From Clostridiales bacterium (GTDB lineage: Bacteria; Bacillota; Clostridia; Christensenellales; Borkfalkiaceae): 41,711 bases of DNA. The notes under the pieces are model-generated. The model was not told the origin of the DNA and made no database searches. It worked only from the letters and a program-made list of their open reading frames with translations. This document shows, piece by piece, positions 24,788 to 34,800 of the stretch. The translations under genes were made by a program, and so were the position numbers. Positions within the stretch are counted from its first letter, which is position 1. Every line of letters starts with the position of its first letter. The stretch covers positions 1-41,711 of the forward strand of contig JAJWOJ010000001.1 in NCBI GenBank assembly GCA_021635425.1, given 5' to 3'.

Positions 24788-27367
24788 ATGAAAAGATATA
24801 AAGAAAGAGAACCGATTCCGTTTTATTTTTTAAACGATACGTTTAATGCGGAAGAAATAAAAATTCAATTGGACTTTATGCGGGATACGGGCGTCGGCGC
24901 GTTTTTTCTGCACGTAAGAGACGGCATACTCGACGAAGCTTACGGCACGGAAACATATTTCAAACGCGTAAAATTCATCGTCGAACAAGCCGCGGAACGC
25001 AAAATAAAAGTCTGGCTTTACGATGAAGATTCTTTCCCGAGCGGAAATGCCGGCGGGCAAATCGCGATAGAATCTCCCGAATTGCAGGCGTACAGCCTTA
25101 AAGTCGTTAAACTTAAAGCCGAAGAAATAAAAGACGGAACGGCAAAAAGAGTTTTAGGTCGGGTAAGAGGTTTGTTCGGTTACGCCGTAAAAAACGAAAA
25201 CGGAGTTGAAACGAGCCGTAAAATTACCGATTGTTTCGGGGTCGTCCGCAGATATTGGTATCGCAGGGATATGAATAAAACGTATTATTGCGATATGCAG
25301 GACAAATTGTTCTTTCCGCACGTCCGCGCCGGAACCTGTTATTCCGAAATTATTTTCGAGGCGGAAGCGGGCGACGGCGAAGAAATATACGTCGCGTATC
25401 TGGAACCTGTCAGGACGGACGGACATTACGGCTTGCAGGCGGATTGCCTCAACAGGCGTACAACCGAAGAGTTCATAGCGCGCACACACGAAAAGTACGC
25501 GAAATACGTAGGCGAGTATTTCGGAACGACTATTCCCGGTATATTTATGGACGAGCCGTCCGCGGGAGGACTTCTGCCTTATACCGACGAAGTCGTTGCC
25601 AAGTTCAAGGAAATACGGGGTTACGACGTAACCGATTATTACTATAAACTTTCGTCGGAATATTACGGCGACGGGAAAAAGGTTCGCAGAGATTATATAG
25701 AAACAATAACGAGGCTGTTTTGCGACAATTTTATCTCGCCCATAACGCAATGGTGCGAGCGGCACGGTCTTGAGTCTACGGGGCATTTTTACGGCGAGGA
25801 AGACCCTCTTTCGGGTTCGCTTTGCGCGCAAAGCGTGTACAGACAGATAAAACTTATGGGTATTCCCGGTTTCGATATAATAGGTCGTTACGTTGGGGAC
25901 AGAGATCATTGCGCGTTGATTCTCGGCGCGAAAATCGTCGTATCGGCGGCTATTCAAAGCGGCAAGAAGAGAATTTTAGCGGAGTGTTTCGCGTTAAATC
26001 CGTTTAATTACGGATACGACGGACTCAGAAAAACAGCCGATTGGTTGTTTGCCTGCGGAATAGATACTTTTGCCCCTCACGCTTTCCATTACGGATACGG
26101 CGCATATCAGCGGACGGACGCGGGTAAATCGTTCTTCTATCAGGATCCGCTTTACGGCGAGTATACGGAGTTTGCCGCTTACGCGGGCAGGGTAAGTAAT
26201 TTGTTGTCGCTTTTCAGCCACGAAAACGAAGTTCTCCTCGTTTTGCCGAGTTGCGGATTTGCCGAGGAGGTTCCGTTCCCGATGTGTAACACGGGCGTGT
26301 ATCCGAGCGACAGGGCGAAGACGATGCAATCGCGTTTATACGCGGCGGTCCGTTATCTTATAGAAAGACAAATTGTCTGGAACGTCGCCGACGTTCAGGG
26401 CGTTGCCGACGCGGACGTTCGCGACGGAATGGTAAATATCGGCGAGTGTTCGTATAAAAAAGTAATTTTTATAAACGGAGGCGAGGAAGAAGCGCGCGTT
26501 TACGAAAAAACTTTGAAAGCAGGCGTCGATTGCGTGGCGTTCGACGGTAATTCTTTCGACGGCTTCCCGCAGAAGGAAGGGCTTTTTGGCGGAGAGAATA
26601 TTCTCGCGCTGGAAAAACGGAGAGGAAGCGAAAAACTGTTGTTTTTATATCAGAATGACAAATCGTTTGCGGAAGTGAAAGTTCCCGTCGCCGGCAGAAC
26701 GGTTATATACGACGGTAAAAACGACGAATGGTCGGAAGTTGTTGCGAAAAACGGCGAAGCGACGATAGGAATCAAAGGTTACGGGTCGGCTGTTTTGCTT
26801 ATCGGCGCTACGGACGACATAAAAACCGCAGGCGAGTATTCTTACGCGGTTTCGGGCGATACGGTAATCGAATGCGAAAGAAATCCCCAATGGGTTTATA
26901 TGCCCGTCGGCGCGAAATCGGCGATAACGACTTACGATATAGAAATCGGCGACGGTAAAGAAAAAATAACGTTTGAAGCGCATAAATACGCAAGATTGCG
27001 CGAACTTATCGGCACGCAGGACGAAATATACTCGGGCGAATACGTCGTTCCTTATTTCGACGTCGCGCCGAGAATGAAATCGATATATCCGAAGAGGGCG
27101 GTTTTCAGAGCGAAGATCGAAAAGATCGACGGGGACGAAGCCGTGCTTTTCGACGGCGGAACGTTCTCGGGAGACTATAAACTGTTCTGGAACGGCGAAG
27201 AGATACCCGCAGGGGAGATAGTTCCGCACAGGGTGTACGACGCAAAAAACAAAATTTTCAAACCCGTGTGGAAAGACGGAATCAACATATTGGAAATATC
27301 GTTCGACGAAGGCGGAGAATTCGACGGCGTGAACGGTGAAATATATTTATACAAGGAGCATATATGA
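24788..27367 (+). CDS. GH106-like (alpha-L-rhamnosidase-like) glycoside hydrolase, intact paralog of 16974-19754; cytoplasmic
   Basis: 859 aa. The N-terminus PFYFLNDTFNAEEIKIQLDFMRDTGVGAFFLHVRDG...KVWLYDEDSFPSGNAGG parallels the split gene. There is no signal peptide. The assignment to the GH106/PF17132-like family is from memory of that N-terminal pattern and is tentative. Confidence 0.7.
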   Translation: MKRYKEREPIPFYFLNDTFNAEEIKIQLDFMRDTGVGAFFLHVRDGILDEAYGTETYFKRVKFIVEQAAERKIKVWLYDEDSFPSGNAGGQIAIESPELQAYSLKVVKLKAEEIKDGTAKRVLGRVRGLFGYAVKNENGVETSRKITDCFGVVRRYWYRRDMNKTYYCDMQDKLFFPHVRAGTCYSEIIFEAEAGDGEEIYVAYLEPVRTDGHYGLQADCLNRRTTEEFIARTHEKYAKYVGEYFGTTIPGIFMDEPSAGGLLPYTDEVVAKFKEIRGYDVTDYYYKLSSEYYGDGKKVRRDYIETITRLFCDNFISPITQWCERHGLESTGHFYGEEDPLSGSLCAQSVYRQIKLMGIPGFDIIGRYVGDRDHCALILGAKIVVSAAIQSGKKRILAECFALNPFNYGYDGLRKTADWLFACGIDTFAPHAFHYGYGAYQRTDAGKSFFYQDPLYGEYTEFAAYAGRVSNLLSLFSHENEVLLVLPSCGFAEEVPFPMCNTGVYPSDRAKTMQSRLYAAVRYLIERQIVWNVADVQGVADADVRDGMVNIGECSYKKVIFINGGEEEARVYEKTLKAGVDCVAFDGNSFDGFPQKEGLFGGENILALEKRRGSEKLLFLYQNDKSFAEVKVPVAGRTVIYDGKNDEWSEVVAKNGEATIGIKGYGSAVLLIGATDDIKTAGEYSYAVSGDTVIECERNPQWVYMPVGAKSAITTYDIEIGDGKEKITFEAHKYARLRELIGTQDEIYSGEYVVPYFDVAPRMKSIYPKRAVFRAKIEKIDGDEAVLFDGGTFSGDYKLFWNGEEIPAGEIVPHRVYDAKNKIFKPVWKDGINILEISFDEGGEFDGVNGEIYLYKEHI

Positions 27368-28119
27368 AACTCATAGTAGCAAAAAACACCGAAGAAATGG
27401 CAAAACTTTCGGCGAAACAGGCGGCAGACGTTCTTAACGCCGCAATCGAAAAAAAAGGCTCGGCAAGATTACTCTTGTCAACGGGCGCGTCCCAACTCGA
27501 ATTCTTCAAAGAGTTCGTAAAACAGAAAGTCGAATGGCATAAAGTGGAAATGTTCCACCTCGACGAATACGTCGGAATATCTCCCGACCACCCCGCGAGC
27601 TTCAATAATTATCTTACGAAAAGATTCGTGGAAAAAGTATTGCCGGGGAAAGTTCATCTTATATGCGGACTCGACGATCCTTTCAAAACGATCGAGAAGC
27701 TTACGGCTCTCGTCAACGAGCGCGAGATAGATCTCGGAATGATAGGCATAGGCGAAAACGCGCATATAGCGTTTAACGACCCGCCGGCAGATTTCAACGA
27801 CCCGAGATCGTACAAGATAGTTACGCTCGCGCCGAGATGTTTACAGCAACAGGTGGGCGAAGGATGGTTCAAATCGGTTGACGAAACGTATAAACAGGCA
27901 ATATCGATGACGTGTCCGCAGATCATGAAGTGCGAACATATCATATGCGTTGTTCCGTATAAGGTCAAAGCCGAAGCTATCTATAAAACTTTCACGAGCG
28001 AAATCACCAACGAAGTACCGGCGACGTTGCTCAAAAAACATGCCGACACGACTGTCTGGTGCGATCCCGATTCCGCTTCCGGATTGTCTCGGGACGTAAT
28101 CGAAAAATATTCCGACTGA
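27364..28119 (+). CDS. nagB: Glucosamine-6-phosphate deaminase/isomerase-like protein (NagB / 6-phosphogluconolactonase superfamily)
   Basis: An ATGA start/stop overlap joins it to the upstream gene. Motifs are LLLSTGASQLEFF, MFHLDEYVGI..HPASF and IDLGMIGIGENAHIAFNDPPADF. Confidence 0.75.
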   Translation: MKLIVAKNTEEMAKLSAKQAADVLNAAIEKKGSARLLLSTGASQLEFFKEFVKQKVEWHKVEMFHLDEYVGISPDHPASFNNYLTKRFVEKVLPGKVHLICGLDDPFKTIEKLTALVNEREIDLGMIGIGENAHIAFNDPPADFNDPRSYKIVTLAPRCLQQQVGEGWFKSVDETYKQAISMTCPQIMKCEHIICVVPYKVKAEAIYKTFTSEITNEVPATLLKKHADTTVWCDPDSASGLSRDVIEKYSD

Positions 28120-28163
28120 TTAAAATTTCATCGGTCGGAGAAAAAGAATAGGAGGAAAGAATA

Positions 28164-29888
28164 ATGAAAAAATTCAGAAGAACACTTGCGGGCGCAATCG
28201 CTCTTGTCTCGTCGGTCGTTATCGGCATGACGACGCTTACCGGTTGCGGAGCAAAAGAAAGCGTCGTAAGAGACGAAAAGACGATCAATATCCGCGCGTG
28301 TATCGGCGGTTACGGCGATTCGTGGCTCCGTGCGCTTGCGGATAAATTCAACGAGGTATATGCCGACAAGGGCTATAAAGCAAACGTTCTTGCAAGTTCG
28401 ACGGACCTCGAAAGCAAAGTCGCTATGAAAGAATTGTATTCTAAAGACGACTGGGTAGATTTATACTTCGTCAACGTAAACAATACGATGGCTCAATTTA
28501 CCGAGAGCGGCGGCGAATACGGACAACTCGTAGCCGACCTTACCGATACGGTCTGGAATAACACGGCTATAAACTTCAACGGCGAAGAGGAGAGCAAAAC
28601 CCTCATATCCGAAAAAATGCAGGTTTCGCTTCCGGACGACGTTTTAAAGGTGAACGGAAGAGTTTACGGCTTCAATACGAGCAACGATATCGGCGGAATG
28701 ATTGTCAACACCGCCAAACTTGCGAAATACGGCGTTACGAGAATTCCGAAAACCACCAACGAACTCTTCGACGTTTTCGAACTCATCTACGAGGGAGACG
28801 CGTCGAAAGGCATAAAAGGCTCGCTCGAAAGCAACATTTTCCCCGTAACCTTCCTCGGCGGCGATAACGGTTATCCCATTCACTTCGTAACCGCATGGCA
28901 GGCTCAATACGCAGGCATCGAAGAGTACGAGCGTTTCTACGGGTATACCGACGAAAGCGGCAACGACAGGCTCGAGGACGGTTATAAGGTATATGACGAC
29001 GAGTCCCTCAATAAAATGCTCGAAGCGATGTTCAACATGTACGACAGTTCGTTCGTTGCGAGCGGCTCGAACAACAACTCGATTGATACCGCTCATATCA
29101 AAATAATGAGCGATAAGGGCGGCGCGGTGTTTATGTCCGACGGAAACTGGGCGTATAACGAAATTATCACCAACTACCAGTCCTCGATAAACAATCTTGC
29201 GTTTGCAAACGTTCCCGTGCTTTCCGCCGTCGGCGTAAAACTCTTCGGGAAAAACACGACTTACGGTTTCGACGACGACAAATGCGAGCAAGTGCTTTCT
29301 TTCGCGATAGATAAGACGGACGAAGGAAAGACCGCAGCGGAAATCGTTGCCGACGCAAAGAGCGAAAAAGGCTGGGATCTGAACGAAAGAGAAGTAACCG
29401 AAGTTATGAAAGCGCGCGGAATATACTGTTCGCGTTCCGCTCTGGCGGCAGGCGCGTTCGTTGCCGAAAAATCTAAGGTAAAAGATCTTTGCTATCTTTT
29501 CCTTCGTATGTTCGCAAGCGACGACAACGCAACTCTTTACAACAGAGAATGTAACGGTTTCACCGCTTATATGACGGATTTTTCCAAGGCGAAAGACACG
29601 GGGTACAATAAACAGTGTCAGGCGATAGTCAAAACGGCTTACGCTACGCCCGTATGGATGAACTCTACCGATTTAAGGCTTAAAATGGGGCATAATAACC
29701 TTATTTTCCCCAACTCCGATTTGTCGTTCGTAAGCAAAATAATCGGAAAGCAGGCAACCATTTATAAAGACGGTAAAAAGACGGGCGACAAGTCGCTCTA
29801 CGCGAAGAATGCCGAAGACATGCTCGTCGAAGTTCGCGCTTATGCGAAAGACAATTGGGCGGAATGGGTAAAAAAAGTTACGAAATAA
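28164..29888 (+). CDS. ABC transporter extracellular solute-binding lipoprotein, large LplA/YtcQ-like type
   Basis: SD is AGGAGG. The lipobox is TTLTGC-GAKE. It is 574 aa and precedes LplB/LplC-type permease genes. Confidence 0.8.
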   Translation: MKKFRRTLAGAIALVSSVVIGMTTLTGCGAKESVVRDEKTINIRACIGGYGDSWLRALADKFNEVYADKGYKANVLASSTDLESKVAMKELYSKDDWVDLYFVNVNNTMAQFTESGGEYGQLVADLTDTVWNNTAINFNGEEESKTLISEKMQVSLPDDVLKVNGRVYGFNTSNDIGGMIVNTAKLAKYGVTRIPKTTNELFDVFELIYEGDASKGIKGSLESNIFPVTFLGGDNGYPIHFVTAWQAQYAGIEEYERFYGYTDESGNDRLEDGYKVYDDESLNKMLEAMFNMYDSSFVASGSNNNSIDTAHIKIMSDKGGAVFMSDGNWAYNEIITNYQSSINNLAFANVPVLSAVGVKLFGKNTTYGFDDDKCEQVLSFAIDKTDEGKTAAEIVADAKSEKGWDLNEREVTEVMKARGIYCSRSALAAGAFVAEKSKVKDLCYLFLRMFASDDNATLYNRECNGFTAYMTDFSKAKDTGYNKQCQAIVKTAYATPVWMNSTDLRLKMGHNNLIFPNSDLSFVSKIIGKQATIYKDGKKTGDKSLYAKNAEDMLVEVRAYAKDNWAEWVKKVTK

Positions 29889-29915
29889 AAGCCGTAATCG
29901 GCGGGAGACGTTAAA

Positions 29916-30866
29916 ATGGCGAAAAGAACAAGCTCTTATTCAAAATTCGAAAGGAAAGATTTTCCCTTCGTCTATTTGTTGATCGCTTTGCCCGTGTTGC
30001 AGTTTGCCGTATTCTGGTTTTACGTAAACATCAGTTCGTTTACGTTGTCGTTTAAAGACGCCCTGGGCAGATGGACGCTGGACAACTTTAAACAGGTATG
30101 GCACGGGCTTACGCACGCGGATCAATACGGAACGAACATCGTTACCATGATTTTGCGTTCGTTCGTGCTGTGGTTCATATCTAACTGCGTCGTCTTTCCC
30201 ATCTCGCTTTGTACCACTTACGTTTTGTTCAGAAGGGTTTTCGGTCACTATGTTTTCCGTGTGATATACATGTTGCCGAGCCTTATAGGCGGCGTGGTGT
30301 GGATAGCCACGATGAAACAGGTGCTGGGCAACACCGGCGCGATCGTATATCTTCTGAAAAAGGCGGGCATTACGCTTTCGGGCGCGGTTAAAAACGACGG
30401 GCTTATGTACGACGTTGCCACGGCGTTCCCGACCTTGTGCGCAACCGTGTTCATTTACGGAATAGCGGGCGGAAACGCCGTGGTTACAGGCGCGTATGCG
30501 CGTATACCGGAAGACCTTTTCGACGTCGGAAAGCTCGACGGCATAGGATTCTGGCGCGAATTTTTCAACGTGTGTCTGCCGTGCATATGGCCTACGGTTT
30601 CCACCTTGCTTACGTTTTCGCTTTGCACGATATTCGTCGGCGAGGGAAACGTATTCCTTTATACCAACGGCGAAGGCGGTTACGGTCTCGACACTATGGG
30701 ATTTTATATACAATATCTCGTTTATAGATTGTCGCTCACGAGTTCGGAAAAAATGCCTTACGGATATCCTGCCGCTATCGGACTTTTTATCACGGTAATC
30801 ACTTTGCCGATAGTTCTTGTCGGCAGAAGAATACTCGAAAGCCTCGTAGAAGCGGTAGAGACGTAA
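29916..30866 (+). CDS. ABC sugar transporter permease (LplB-like)
   Basis: The cytoplasmic N-terminus MAKRTSSYSKFERKDFPFVYLLIALPVLQF is typical of LplB-type permeases. The EAA-like loop is IPEDLFDVGKLDGIGFWREFFNVCLPCIWP. It is multi-pass. Confidence 0.85.
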   Translation: MAKRTSSYSKFERKDFPFVYLLIALPVLQFAVFWFYVNISSFTLSFKDALGRWTLDNFKQVWHGLTHADQYGTNIVTMILRSFVLWFISNCVVFPISLCTTYVLFRRVFGHYVFRVIYMLPSLIGGVVWIATMKQVLGNTGAIVYLLKKAGITLSGAVKNDGLMYDVATAFPTLCATVFIYGIAGGNAVVTGAYARIPEDLFDVGKLDGIGFWREFFNVCLPCIWPTVSTLLTFSLCTIFVGEGNVFLYTNGEGGYGLDTMGFYIQYLVYRLSLTSSEKMPYGYPAAIGLFITVITLPIVLVGRRILESLVEAVET

Positions 30867-30878
30867 AGGGAGGAAGAC

Positions 30879-31790
30879 ATGAAGATAAAAAACGTTATAC
30901 ACGAGCGTGTAAGTCGGTTCAGACATAAATCGACTTCGGAAAAAGTCGCTCTTTGCGTGTTTTTCGTATTCTTTCTTACTATGACGGTAATTTATATATA
31001 TCCGATACTGTCTATATTTTTCAATTCGTTCAGAAAGCTGGAAGAATACGAAGAACTTTATACCAATCCCAATGCGAGTCCGTTTACTTTTCCTTTGTGG
31101 CAAACGAGAAGCTGGGGAGAGGTTTTCACCACGTTCAAGTATAAAAACTATACTTATTTCGATATGTTGTTCAACTCCGTGTGGATAACCGTGGTAAAAG
31201 TTACGGTCAACATCTTAGCAAGCACTTTTCTTGCGTATGCGGTGGCGCGGTTCCGTTTCCCGGGCAGAAATTTTCTGTATGCGGTGGTTATTTTTTCTCA
31301 GACCATCCCGATTATAGGAACGGGCGCGGCAAGCTACAAACTGTTTACCCAACTCGGGTTTATAAACAATCCGTTTCTTATGTGGATTGCGTGGTTCAGC
31401 GCGTTCGACTTCGCGTTTATCGTTCTGTACGGCACTTTCCGCGGAATAAGCCCCACTTATTCGGAGTCGGCAAAACTCGACGGGGCAGACAATCTGACGG
31501 TGCTTTTCAAAATAGTAATGCCGCAGGCATTCCCCTGTATAGCCGCGCTTGCCATTCAGCAGTCGATAACCGTCTGGAACGATTATACCACTTCGCTTAT
31601 ATACCTCCGCGATTATCCCAATATCGCTTACGGCTTGTTCGTTACCGAAAAGAGCATTTCTTATTTCTACAACGCAAGGGCTTTATACAGCGCGGTGGTC
31701 TGCATTTCCATGATACCTATTCTCATTCTGTACGCATGTTCGCAAAAACTCATTCTCACAAATATGAATGCGGGCGGTTTGAAAGGATAA
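30879..31790 (+). CDS. ABC sugar transporter permease (LplC-like)
   Basis: SD is GGGAGG. The EAA loop is YSESAKLDGADNLTVLFKIVMPQAFP. Six TM segments are predicted. Confidence 0.85.
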   Translation: MKIKNVIHERVSRFRHKSTSEKVALCVFFVFFLTMTVIYIYPILSIFFNSFRKLEEYEELYTNPNASPFTFPLWQTRSWGEVFTTFKYKNYTYFDMLFNSVWITVVKVTVNILASTFLAYAVARFRFPGRNFLYAVVIFSQTIPIIGTGAASYKLFTQLGFINNPFLMWIAWFSAFDFAFIVLYGTFRGISPTYSESAKLDGADNLTVLFKIVMPQAFPCIAALAIQQSITVWNDYTTSLIYLRDYPNIAYGLFVTEKSISYFYNARALYSAVVCISMIPILILYACSQKLILTNMNAGGLKG

Positions 31791-31812
31791 AAAATACTAA
31801 GGGAGCAAAATT

Positions 31813-34800
31813 ATGAAACAAACAAAAAGAACATTTTTAGTTACGGTTCTTACGATGGTCGCTCTTTTCGCGATCTGCGCTTTTGCCGTGAGTTGCTCGG
31901 GCGGTTCCGGCTCGGGAGCAACTCTGGAAGATCCTCGCTTCGCGGCGGATATTCCTGCCGAGACGCATCTTAGCAGCTGCATCGATCTGGACGATTATAT
32001 CGTTAAAATCGACGGCGCGACGACGACCGTCACCGTTACTTATTACAATCCGGTGTCCGATAAAAACGTTACCGAAACGTTTACGGGCAATAACATGGTG
32101 TTTTATCCGAAAATAGTCGGGGAACACACTATCGTATATACAGTAAGCAAAGGCGACGCGACGAAAAGCACCGCTCCGCTTAAAATTTCGGTTATAGCCG
32201 ATCCGCCGACGATAACGATTTCGCATACGGCGCAGACTATTTCCATGCCCGATTCGGGCGAAGTTACGCGCTCGTTCGACTGGCTTATGTCCAACGCTTC
32301 CATGAACCTTAAACCCGTCACCTCGACGACGAAGGTTTCGGCGGCTTCTTACAGAGCGATAAACGTGGGAATCGACTGCGTTAACGCCGAATGGGAAGAT
32401 ATCGAAGTGAGCGAAGGGGCGGAAACGTTCACCTTCTCGAATATCGGCGAATATAAATTCACCGTTCGCGCCGAGTCCGACGGGAACTTTTCCGAAGATT
32501 ACTTCCTCGTGAACGTAATCAAGGACCCGACCGAAGGTACGGCGAAGCGCGACGGAACGAAAGTCGTCGAAAAGGGCAAAGGCGTCGTGTATGCCGAGAA
32601 CGATCCGTATACGTTTAAACTCATGTCGAGTTCGCTTTCGGATATCAACTATGCCGTAGTTGCGGATAAACTCGGAGACGGTAAGAAGTTAAGCCTTATT
32701 TTCAAGGGCAAAAACGTTCCTCAGCTCGGGTTTTACGTTATCCCCGACGTCGGCAGCGGCGACGAATACAACATCAAGACCACGAAAGGCGGATTTTTCA
32801 GCTTTGTCGCGAAGGAATCGAGCGGGCATAAATGGGTATTCTTCTTCCCGAACATGCTTACCGGCAACGCCGCGAGAACGCCTATCCCCGGGACGAACGA
32901 TTTCGGCGTGAACGACCTTGACGAAAACAGCCGTTATCTTATGCAGTATTCGCTTTCCAAGGTGGCTTACGTAGAAGCGCGCGACGCATGGCGGCTTAAA
33001 GTCAACGTGGAAATATACGAAGTGAAATCGTATTCGACCGAAAACGAAAATTCGGAGTGCGTTATAGGCGATAAGCTTCACGAAATAGGTATAGAAGGCG
33101 AGTTCTATTATGCGAAAGGTCAGGAATTCGACTTTGATAAAGGCAGCTCGGTAATTTACGGGGATATCCGCAACAATATAGATATTCAGTATATTTCCGA
33201 CGACAGAAATATAAAGAAAGCCCCGAAAGAGGAAACGAAAGTTGCGGGAACGGATAACGTTTATTCGTATAAATCGTCCGCAACTCAGAATGCCGACGGA
33301 AGTATCACCGCGGTTTTGAAACAGGGTAAAATTTCCGACGACAAGGAAACGGGCGTAACCGATCAGCTCGGCTACGTCGGCATTACGGACAGCGGCTTCG
33401 GAATGGGAACTACCATGACGATAGATTTCGAGGGCAAGAATCTGCCCGGCATCGGAATTTATCTCGGTAAATCTCCCGAAGGGTACGCCGTAGGCGGCGC
33501 GACGGCTTCCGGTACCGGTTTCTATATAGGAAACGGCAACGTGAGCGGCGAACTCAGTTCAATCGGACAAAGACTTATAGTAAACGGTCCCAACAGGCTC
33601 GATCCGGGCGGTAAATACCGCGGAAACGACGGATATCCGCCGTATTACGGCAGAATAGACAAGCTTTCCTATCTCGGCTCGGCGGCAAGCGGCGATCCGA
33701 ATTTCAACCGCAGCGCGGAAATGGGTTATAACCTTCTGGAAGAAGGCAAAAAATACCGCTTCGAACTTACCGACGTTTCGGCAGAGGCTTCGGATGATTT
33801 TAAAGTGTTCGCGCTCAATTACAAATTGTACGATATGAGCGGAGAAACCCCGATTCTGCTTGTCGACGTAACGAAGAGCGTAGACAGAAGTTTCGACGTC
33901 GTGGATTTCAATTCTCAGACCATAGCGTTTTTCAGTTCGATTCATCAGAATATCAGGTTTACTTACTCTTTATCGGGTGAAAGAATCAACTATCCTTACG
34001 AAACCGAAATCGATCCCGACGCGATAACGCTTGCGCCTGCCGTCATCAGAGAAACCAAAAACGCGGAAGGTCTCGTAACGTTCAGCGGAACTTATTCGTA
34101 TCAGGGTCTCGGAAGATATAACGTCGGCGACGTACTCGAATTCCGTTTTACGGGAAGAAATATCCCCAACGTCGGATTGTTTACCGATAAAAACGGCGTA
34201 AACGCGGTCGGCGGAGGAACGGAAAACACGGGTATATTCCTGCAGACTTCGGGTCACGGCGCGTCGGCTTACGATAAGCGTTTGTATATAACCGGTCCGT
34301 ATCTTATCGACGCGGGCAACACGCAGGCTTATTCGAACATTCCCGGGTTTAAATACCGCGAATGGCTCGGCGCAAACTGCGAACTCGGCGTAGACGTCAG
34401 TTATGAAGTAGACGGCGGCAGATTCTCTCGTTTCGGCATAGCGATGCTCGATCCTTATACCAAATACGTTTACAGAGTAAGCACCTCGGCAAGCGACGCG
34501 GAAGGAAAAGTGATAATCACGTGCGAGTTGTATTCCGTAGACAAAGAGGAGTTGGTGCCGGTAGCAAAATACGAAAAAGAGGTTACGCATTATCTTCCCT
34601 CGCTCGAAAATACTTACGCTACGGTTTATGGCGCGGGCAGTTTTTCGAACAAAGATATAACGTTTGCTTACACCGTAAAGTCGGGCAGCGACGTTAATCC
34701 CGGGGAAGAAACGATTACGCTTAACTGCGCTTCGATAACCGAAAAGAAAGAAGGCGGAACGCTGGTAGGGTTTGGCGGAACTTACGACTATAAAGGCTTA

